64,000 bases of DNA from Octopus vulgaris (lineage: Eukaryota). Position numbers and translations under genes: made by a program. The notes under the pieces were generated by a model. It was given only the letters and a program-made list of their open reading frames with translations, ran no database searches and was not told the origin of the DNA. Positions 55,527 through 64,000 of the stretch are shown here, in pieces. The stretch covers positions 146,754,001 to 146,818,000 of the forward strand of contig OX597814.1 in the NCBI GenBank assembly GCA_951406725.2. The letters run 5' to 3'. Numbering within the stretch: the first letter of the stretch is position 1; each line of letters begins with the position of its first letter.

Positions 55527-56244
55527 GCATACATATAGACAGACATTTATGAAATTTACTTATGCACACAGACACAAACACACATAGACACTGACACACA
55601 CACATAAATGTATATATGGGGAGTATACGTTATTGGCTAAACAAACTCAGCAATATTTGGAAGATAAACATATACCTTTAAATAGAATATTAGTTTCACA
55701 GAATGTATATACTATGGCATACGTAACAGTTTTTGCAACTGACATATCATGTTTTATATTTATTTTCAAATTATATTTGAACTAATTGTAATTCAATGTG
55801 TCATTTTCGTTGTAAAAAAATACATTGAAACGTTCTTAAATACAGCTTTGGGAAATCGCATTTCCTAAGAAATGATAGTTCGTTTTAGCTCCCGTTTCAT
55901 GATGAGGTAATACTATAAATCGTTCCTTAGATGACGATTCACAGCCGCCAAGTGCCAACAAATGTCATTGCTTTGTACTTTTCAGTTATATAATCTATGA
56001 TGGAAAGTTCCGATGATTTTATGCTATGAATTCTCAGAACAAATCTTTTCGCATTTCTATGGCTCGAGATAATTAAAGGCTGGTCTTAACTTTCGGTTGA
56101 AGAATATGAAATGAAAATCGATCTGATTTCCTGATAATTTCGATACGTATGCAATAGACATGCATCTATGTCTTCATTATAAGCATGCACAAACACACAC
56201 GCATACCGTACACCACATAATTCACACTTCCATAAGTGAAAACA

Positions 56245-56314
<70 letters not shown>

Positions 56315-56319
<5 letters not shown>

Positions 56320-56562
56320 TAAATATAAAATATAAATTACAAAGTAGGACAAGAACGCAAAAACACACAAAGAGACGACACAAGAAAACAGACGGGTCAC
56401 TCGAAGCCTCTAATCTTCAGTCGGGAACTGGATCATCTTAGTAATTTCGGCTGTTTAATCTCGACATTACTCCGAACCGGCCAGCCCCAAGAACTAAGCC
56501 ATAGGCATTAGATTTCTTAGAAAGAGGACGAATGTATACGAAACAAAGACAGGATGCCACAC

Positions 56563-56565
<3 letters not shown>
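56315..56565 (-). mobile_element. Short interspersed repeat between (TA)n tracts, Penelope-pLTR-like
   Basis: Minus strand has gactgaagattagaggcttcgagtgacccgtc followed by a T/G-rich tail into (TA)n. The layout matches the other pLTR-like relics, but there is no intact GAAA. Confidence 0.4.
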
Positions 56566-56608
<43 letters not shown>

Positions 56609-57272
56609 TTATTTATTCTTTTATTTGTTTCATTCATTTGACTGCGGACATATTTATATATATATATATATGAAAATATGATATCCTCTCTGGAATCCGA
56701 ATGTAATCGCAATATTACAATCAGCAACATATGAAGAAACTAGTGACCAAATATAGCTGAGTACATAATGTACTATCATCGGGAAAGTCAGTATATGATT
56801 AAAATCAAAATTAATATGATAGAAACAACATGAAATTTAGTTCTCTTAGCTATTAGAGTTACCACGTCAGCACAACGAGAACGGCTCTTCTCCAGTCATC
56901 CCCATTTCTTGCCTTCTTCCTGGTTCCACTTGAACCATCTCCCATTGTTATCATGTAGTACCGAAACGTACTGCGCCACGTCTTACTTGGTCTGCATCTT
57001 CGTCATTTTTCTCACCCCGGCGTCCTCTCCATCACGATTGTAGCATATCTCTCCTGCTGTAATCGAAGCACATAGCAGCCGCTTAGCCACCATGTTCTCC
57101 AAACCTCCTGTGTCTGCTATTCTCGATACCACTCTGTCACTCTTCGTGTAAGCAATGTCCAAGATCAAACAGCGTCGATGCAACACGTCTAGCAAGTGAG
57201 AGATCTTCTTACACGACTTCGTACACGTCTTCTTTCACATTTCGCAGAGGCTACAAGAGGACAGCGGCTCAG

Positions 57273-58052
57273 ATGGAGCGAAAGAGACGGGAATTCGTGC
57301 GCTCATATGCGCTTGTACGGTCGCACATTGGCGCACTTGATGCCATCTTTGAGAACGAGCGGGGCAAAGATGGCAAGAATGGAGACGATGAAAGAAGTCA
57401 CCCCCACCTGGTGGACGCCCGGGAGGAGGTTTTGAATGAGAAACCTGCCCGGGAAGTGAACCCAGGTGCAAGTTCTCCAACCGGCAGCAAGGGCCATGGA
57501 GACGGAGAACCCGGTGAAGAGGTAGAGGAGGAAGAAGAACTAAAAGAAGGACTGGAAGAGATAAAGGAAAAGAAAAAGCTCAAGCAGGACCAAAGAGTGA
57601 AACAACCAGGAATAGAAATGGAACCGCAAAGGATGGAACCAAACAGCGCACACGGGTGTGTATGTTCTACCTGAGAGGTTCCTGCTTGGCATGGAAAGGA
57701 AGGTGCAGGCTGCCGCTTTGCACATCGGGGACCCTGCCACAGAGACACGAGGCAGATGGACAAACCATCAACACAAAGAAAAGGGATGGACCACGCACCA
57801 CCTGCCCCAAAGCGGAGGTACGCAGATGTTGTGCGCGCCACAAACAGCCAACATGATGTTGTCGAAAGAGCAGCTGCTGAGCAACAATCTTTTTTGTGCA
57901 TGGCACAAAAGATTGTACAGCAGCTGACCTGGCTTCATCAAACCCAAGCCCGCAGGTGGGACTACCCACTATATACCAGACCACCACAGCAAACAGACAC
58001 AGGATGGACACCGCCGGCAACAACGTACACCTCACCTCGATACTCCTACTGA
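57273..58052 (+). pseudogene. LINE ORF1 with CCCH zinc finger, disrupted by two compensating 1-nt indels
   Basis: ORFs 57273-57674 and 57756-58052 are in the same frame. CMFYLRGSC (57659-57685) lies in another frame and WHGKEGAGCRFAH (from 57687) returns to the original frame, giving C-x7-C-x8-C-x3-H. It is preceded by a Glu/Lys-rich coiled-coil-like stretch. Confidence 0.75.
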
Positions 58053-61000
58053 ACATCAGAGGACTGCAAACACTCAGTAACTGGACAAAGATCCCGTTCC
58101 TGAGAGACTTTGTTGCATGCAATCACGCCTTATGCATAGCACTTACAGAAACGCACCTGAAACCGGACATAGCAGATGCGGAGTTACACATACCACAGTA
58201 TGCTGTACTACGGACCGACAGGAAAGAAAGGAGTCATGGAGGTGTTGCTATGTACATCCGTGAGGACCTCACACCCCAGGTCCTCTTGTCATACTCAAAC
58301 TCGGTGTGTGACACACTAATTGTACATATTAGGCAACTTGATGTAGTTGTGTGTGCTACATATCGCCCTCCAGATGCCCCAAGCCATGTGGGCAAGTTTG
58401 AAGACTGCCTTATAAAAATAGAAGAAATTCTAACCACATTAGAACAACACATAGGTGTGCTTCTTATGGGAGACTTCAATCTACCCAATGTCAGATGGCC
58501 CGAGGGCCTTTCTCTCCCAGGAATGACAAGATGTGAACGAGGACAGGCGAGGTCCCTCCTGAACCTCATCAACACCCTGTACATGGAGCAGGTAATACTC
58601 CAACCAACCAGGGCAGGTAACACACTGGATCTCTGCTTCACAAATGACATGGATCTCATCCATAATGTGAAAGTGACACCGACACTACTCTCGGATCACA
58701 ACATGATAGAGCTGACCATGTACGGACCAAAAGAGAGCACGGACATGCAGCCTACAAGAAACCCTCAAAATCTTTCCAGCTTGAACTACCATAAGGCAAA
58801 CTGGAAACAAATTGAGAAAGAGATCCTCAAACAAAACTGGCCTAAATGTCTCTCCTCGCCAGACATCGACGTGAAACTTCAACAATTCATGTATGTAATG
58901 CAAGCCATATGCTACAAATGTGTCCCAGAGAGAAAGGCCACTGTACACAAGAACAAAATCCCCAGAGAGAGGAAAATTTTAATGAGACGGCGTACGAAAT
59001 TTTCAAATCGCCTAAACAAACAGATTGAAAGCAGTGAAAAGTCCCGCCTAAAAATAAAACTGTTGGAAATCGAAAAATGTCTGCAACTCTCCCATGAAAA
59101 AGAAAGAGCAGACAAAGAAGCCTGGGCTATAGAAAACATAAAATCTAACCCCAGAGCTTTCTACAGGTATGCCAAAGAAACAGCTACAGTGCACTGTAGA
59201 ATAGGGCCACTCCTCGAAAAGGATGGCACACTTACAGGAAAACCAATGAGGGTAAGTGAAATACTGAATGAGCAATTCAAGAGTGTTTTCACTCCACCCC
59301 TTGGGCATCTCCAAATCACCAATCCAACTGACTTTTTTACCACTGCAGATATAAAATCAGAGGCGGCGACGATAGATTACATCGATATAAAGGAAGACGA
59401 TGTAACCAAGGCTATAGATGAAATGAAAACAGACTCAGCTACTGGCCCCGATGGATTCCCGGCAATCCTCCTAAAAGCATGTAAGAGAGTCCTAGCAAGA
59501 CCACTGCAGTTCCTCTTTCAGAGCTTCCTTGCAGCTGGCAAACTTCCAGGAAAACTGAAGGAAGGTAAAATATGCCCCATTCATAAAGGAGGTAGCAGAG
59601 CGGAAGCCAAGAACTATAGACCTATCTCTCTGACCTCACACATCAGCAAGGTCATGGAACGAATAGTCAGAAGGAAGCTGATCACCTTCCTTGAAGAGAA
59701 TGACTTGCTGCCCGACACCCAACATGGTTTCCGCCCAGGGAGAAGCTGTTTAACTCAGCTCCTACAACACTATGACTGCGTGCTGAAACGGCTGCTCAAC
59801 CACTCAAATGTGGAAGTGATATATCTCGACTTTGCAAAGGCCTTTGATAAAGTCGATCATGGAATGATATGTCACAAACTGCGTGATCTCAACATAGTTG
59901 GAAAACTGGGAGAATGGCTTCATGACTTTCTGAAGGATAGAAGTCAGGTGGTAGTAGCCAATGGGGCCACCTCCATTAACACACAAATAGTGAGCGGTGT
60001 TCCGCAGGGCACTGTTCTGGGACCACTACTGTTCATAATGGCCCTCTCAGACATGCCCTCAGCCACGCAGAGAGCCACGATCACAAGTTATGCAGATGAT
60101 ACAAAAGTTTCACAGGCAATACAGAACCCTGAGGACACTAAACACCTGCAATGTGAGCTGGACGAAATATACAAGTGGGCTGAAAAGAATAGCATGCAGT
60201 TCAATGCTGAAAAGTTTCAAGCTTTATACTATCAGCATGCAAAACTGAATGCAATACCCAATGAATACACTGGACCCGGAGGGATTGCAATCCCAGAGGC
60301 ACAATCAGTGCGTGACCTGGGTATTCACATGAGTGACGACGCGACCTTTCATGTACATGTTGCTAAACTGACAATGAAATGTAGACGGCTGGCTGGATGG
60401 ATTCTTAGAACCTTTAGAACAAGAGAACAAGAAACCATGATGGTTCTCTGGAAGACACTTGTCCTAAGCCACTTTGACTATTGCTCTCAGCTATGGCCAC
60501 CATCCAGTGTCAAGTTGATCACAGAACTTGAGGCGATCCAACGAAGCTACACGAAGAAGATAGCCTCTATGCAGAATGTAAGCTACTGGGAAAGACTCAA
60601 GAGATTAAAATTATATTCCCTGGAGCGTAGGCGGGAAAGATATGCCATAATATACATCTGGAAGATCCTGGAGGGAAGTGTCCTGAACTTTGGCATCGAG
60701 AGTTACGCAAATGCCAGAACTGGGCGCCACTGCGTGGTGCCTAGGACTCCAAACCTGCCATCAAGATGTAGGACAAGATTCTGTGATAGCCTGGGCTTCC
60801 GAGGCCCACAGCTCTTCAATATCCTCCCGAAGAACCTGAGAGACCTGCATGGGGTGGATACAGATGTCTTTAAAATGAAGCTGGATCTCTTCCTGTCAGG
60901 TGTCCCAGATGATCCAACTTCACGGCAGGAGGGGCAGATGAGGGCAGCTGCATCGAACTCTCTCATGCACCAAATAGCAGTTGCTAGAAAGCCTCCATGA
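58004..61000 (+). CDS. LINE ORF2 (APE endonuclease + reverse transcriptase), CR1-group, uninterrupted
   Basis: Frame is open 57896-61000, first ATG at 58004 (998 aa). APE motifs: LLLNIRG, LTETHL, GGVAMY, YRPP, GDFNLP, LDLCF, SDHNMI. RT motifs: GPDGFP, NYRPISLTS, QHGFRPGRSC, DFAKAFDKVDH, GVPQGTVLGPLLF, YADDT, RDLGI. C-terminal LYSLERRRER is typical of CR1/L2-group LINEs. Confidence 0.97.
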   Translation: MDTAGNNVHLTSILLLNIRGLQTLSNWTKIPFLRDFVACNHALCIALTETHLKPDIADAELHIPQYAVLRTDRKERSHGGVAMYIREDLTPQVLLSYSNSVCDTLIVHIRQLDVVVCATYRPPDAPSHVGKFEDCLIKIEEILTTLEQHIGVLLMGDFNLPNVRWPEGLSLPGMTRCERGQARSLLNLINTLYMEQVILQPTRAGNTLDLCFTNDMDLIHNVKVTPTLLSDHNMIELTMYGPKESTDMQPTRNPQNLSSLNYHKANWKQIEKEILKQNWPKCLSSPDIDVKLQQFMYVMQAICYKCVPERKATVHKNKIPRERKILMRRRTKFSNRLNKQIESSEKSRLKIKLLEIEKCLQLSHEKERADKEAWAIENIKSNPRAFYRYAKETATVHCRIGPLLEKDGTLTGKPMRVSEILNEQFKSVFTPPLGHLQITNPTDFFTTADIKSEAATIDYIDIKEDDVTKAIDEMKTDSATGPDGFPAILLKACKRVLARPLQFLFQSFLAAGKLPGKLKEGKICPIHKGGSRAEAKNYRPISLTSHISKVMERIVRRKLITFLEENDLLPDTQHGFRPGRSCLTQLLQHYDCVLKRLLNHSNVEVIYLDFAKAFDKVDHGMICHKLRDLNIVGKLGEWLHDFLKDRSQVVVANGATSINTQIVSGVPQGTVLGPLLFIMALSDMPSATQRATITSYADDTKVSQAIQNPEDTKHLQCELDEIYKWAEKNSMQFNAEKFQALYYQHAKLNAIPNEYTGPGGIAIPEAQSVRDLGIHMSDDATFHVHVAKLTMKCRRLAGWILRTFRTREQETMMVLWKTLVLSHFDYCSQLWPPSSVKLITELEAIQRSYTKKIASMQNVSYWERLKRLKLYSLERRRERYAIIYIWKILEGSVLNFGIESYANARTGRHCVVPRTPNLPSRCRTRFCDSLGFRGPQLFNILPKNLRDLHGVDTDVFKMKLDLFLSGVPDDPTSRQEGQMRAAASNSLMHQIAVARKPP

Positions 61001-62057
61001 AGTGAAACCAAGTAGCAACACCAAATGGCGGTGCCCCAGCATGGCCACAGCTCATAAGCTGAAACTAGAATCAATCAATCAATCAATCAATCTATAGGCC
61101 GTTGGCATAACAATAGATGTTCGCAACAGCTGCGTAATTAATGCATCACATTTATAACCAAATATATGTTTGGTAGATGAATTCAACTGCAAATGAAACG
61201 GATCAATTTCACACGAAATAATCTGAAAGGTAACTTTCAGATTATTTTAAGAGAGACTGACGGAGTTATACTGCTTAAAATCAACGAACAAATAATTTAA
61301 CGCGGATGCACACAAACTTTCTACGTAGTTCGTGATATTTACATATAGGAGGCAAATCTTTATAGAAATCCATATAGGTTAAAATGATAATAATAATAAT
61401 AATAATAATAATAGACCAAGTCATACTGAATATATATTGTACTGTGATAAGGCATGTGTGTATCACAGTAAAATTTGGAGGAACTGCTCATATATATGCT
61501 TAAAACAGTAGGATTTTGTCGATGCTACATTTAAGTCGTAAGTAGCATATACATAACTTGTGAGAAATACAAACTTGGTAAGCATCAAGTTGAAAAAAAA
61601 AGCACCGAAAATACTAGTGCAGATGTAACAATGCCAATACCAAATAAACGATTGTAATGTAACAAAACAACTGAGTCTTCATTGAAAACGACAGTTTAGG
61701 AAAAAATGCTATAAGATACAATAGCCTGCAAAGTGGAACAAGACATTGTTCCCTGCCCCTAAAACCAAATTCTATGTTGTGAATTAGAACGTCAACCATA
61801 CAATGACGATAAAAGACATGATAGATAATAACTGAAAGCGGTTAATAAGAATGAATTACACAGTAATATAACACCGGTAGTACATTTGAAATTCATATAG
61901 CAAGATGTAGTTATGCACACGGCATAGAGATAAAATATGACTAAGACTAGTAAATGAAAGAAATATTATTCACCATACAAAGTCATCAAAATGATATGCA
62001 AATACTGAGGGCATAGCCAGTGAAATAAACCTGGAATAACGAAATCAACAAAGATAG

Positions 62058-62094
62058 AGTGAATCTCGCTTAAACTCTAAATAAAATACATACA

Positions 62095-62146
<52 letters not shown>

Positions 62147-62154
62147 ATGTCTAG

Positions 62155-62198
<44 letters not shown>

Positions 62199-62206
62199 AT
62201 GTCTAG

Positions 62207-62254
<48 letters not shown>

Positions 62255-62294
62255 ATGTATATGTATTTTATTTAGAGTTTAAGCGAGATTCACT
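62058..62294. repeat. Perfect 35-bp inverted repeat enclosing a (TA)n array
   Basis: agtgaatctcgcttaaactctaaataaaatacata (62058-62092) is the exact reverse complement of 62260-62294. The spacer is (TA)n with two copies of atatgtatatatgtatatgtctagcg. Confidence 0.97.
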
Positions 62295-62965
62295 TCATCT
62301 TTATATACATATGTGCACTATTAACCTTTCTGTCCCCCTCCCTCTCTCATTATTCATTCTTTCTGGTTTCCTTTTCTTCTAACCTTACTGTCCCTCTTTC
62401 TCTCTCATTCTTCATTTTTCTGCTTTTCTCTACAACCATCCCCTTTTTTCTCTCCCTTTCTCTAACTCCTCCTCCCTCCCGTCACTGACACGTTACCAGA
62501 GGTCCTTTGCCTTTCTCACTACTACTTCCAACAAGTGTAGACGGCTTTCTCTGTCCCTCTCAAGCCGTTTTCAAAGCGTTCAAAATAATTTTTCCTTCGT
62601 TCAGGCTTAACAGCCCTTAATGTTTGTGTTACTGTTATTCTTCTTGTCCTGTCTTTTACTGTTTTTATTTGTATTGTCTTTACTGTCCTGTTTTTGTTAC
62701 CACTTTTCCCACTCCGCAAAAAATTCTATTTAATTTGTTTTGCGGGAAGGAGTGTTTCAACGGAGTCGTGTCTCGCCTTTACCTTCGAAGCACGGAGTAG
62801 ATAAAACAGAGGCAACTGAAGAAGGGGAATTTTCCTTGTGTTGTATGTCTTGTGCTCTGTTTCTTCGTTGTTTAAAAAAATGTCCGTTTCCTTGGTTTTG
62901 TTTTTATGTTTTCGTTTCTCATTCTGTTCGAGGCTTTTTTTATTTTTGGTGTCCTGTACCAATAT
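62260..62965 (+). mobile_element. Pyrimidine-rich Penelope-type terminal repeat relic between (TA)n tracts
   Basis: Strong C/T strand bias, CTGAAGA plus a short hairpin at 62816-62838, a T-rich tail running into (TA)n, and a 5' part duplicated in inverted orientation at 62058-62092. Confidence 0.45.
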
Positions 62966-63044
62966 ATGCATGTATATATACATATAGATGTAGGTACGTA
63001 CATATATGTATGTATATATGTATATGTTTTATTTATTATTTTGT

Positions 63045-63082
<38 letters not shown>

Positions 63083-63597
63083 TCCTGTGCGCATATTTTG
63101 TGTGCGTGTTTATTCATTGCTAAATATAAAAAAAATTATAGAATCAGCTGTTTGAGGAGAGATCCACAGTTAAATTTTGGCAACAAAGTTTCAAAATTCT
63201 TTGATGGGATGGTTTTATATAATTGAAGGTTATTTGATAGCTTCCTTAACATTTTGCTCTAATTAATTAGGAAAAAATGACATGTCGCTATCCTTTGTTT
63301 AAGAACAAATAATTAATCTATATCAAGTGAGTTCACGTGTGTTACACACATGGAATTACTAAAAAGCTACTTTCAGTGAAGTGCTATTTCAAGCAGAAGT
63401 AATTAATATCTAAATCACTAAAATGCATGCAGTGGCGGTTAATGACTTAAATATTGTATTCATATTTTAATTAACTAATAGAATGAATTCATAGTCGGAA
63501 AGAAATATTCCAAATATTATAGCTTTTGAATACCAAATTGCATTCATAATTGATGAAAATAGCATAAACTGCAGGTTACTTCAAAATGTTATAGAGA

Positions 63598-63662
<65 letters not shown>

Positions 63663-63669
63663 TTTTATG

Positions 63670-63719
<50 letters not shown>

Positions 63720-63741
63720 TGTATATATATATATGTATGTA

Positions 63742-63783
<42 letters not shown>

Positions 63784-64000
63784 TACACACACATATATAC
63801 ATATATTAATGCATATCATGACTTATAGGAGTGTGTGGATGTGTGTGTGTTTGAGAGAGCTCGCGTGTCTGGGGATGTGGCATTTAACGAAGCACTTTAC
63901 GAAAGGAGAGAATGAATAGATAAATGGAAATCATGGATCGAAATCCCCATTCACAATGGACATTTGATAGATTTTATTGGAAAGCAGGCTTATGTAATTG

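Larger units (their letters stand above)
56857..61092 (+). mobile_element. Near full-length CR1-group LINE (5' UTR, ORF1, ORF2, short 3' UTR, (AATC)6 tail)
   Basis: GC content rises abruptly near 56860. ORF1 remnants 57273-58052, ORF2 to 61000, tail (AATC)6 at 61069-61092. The 5' boundary is inferred; the possible TSD (ctattag 56850-56856 vs ctatag 61092-61097) is weak. Confidence 0.9.

Noticed and set aside
58234-61074. Minus-strand and alternate-frame ORFs inside the LINE
   Set aside because: Shadows of ORF2 with no independent motifs; the same applies to the shadow ORFs at 35323-37492.
62097-62260. Repeat-spacer-like pattern suggestive of CRISPR (also 53352-53407 and 18008-18071)
   Set aside because: Only two or three adjacent units, no unique spacers, eukaryotic context, no cas genes.

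Overview
This is AT-rich, microsatellite-saturated eukaryotic non-coding DNA. It is probably intronic or intergenic sequence from an octopus or related coleoid cephalopod, inferred from the tRNA-derived SINEs, LINE types and (TA)n density. I found no host protein-coding exon I can support. The window contains one near-intact CR1-group LINE with an uninterrupted APE+RT ORF2 (~56857-61092). A second full-length but decayed CR1-type LINE (32646-37506) is nested inside a hammerhead-bearing repeat. There are also 5'-truncated LINE relics (CR1-group, RTE, L1/Tx1-like), a Penelope GIY-YIG relic, a Tigger/pogo transposase relic and several SINEs. The most interesting signal is a recurring architecture: short foldback (inverted-repeat) elements beside (TA)n tracts whose spacers or arms carry hammerhead-ribozyme cores. 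The best case is a nearly canonical type I hammerhead at 24471-24521 whose 3' half is exactly complementary to a 44-nt upstream arm. Three divergent LINEs also share a CATGGCC-stem-loop-AAAC 3' signature, and the two full-length LINEs share a CRE-like 9-mer at their inferred 5' ends. Nearly all short ORFs in the track are microsatellite or antisense artefacts.
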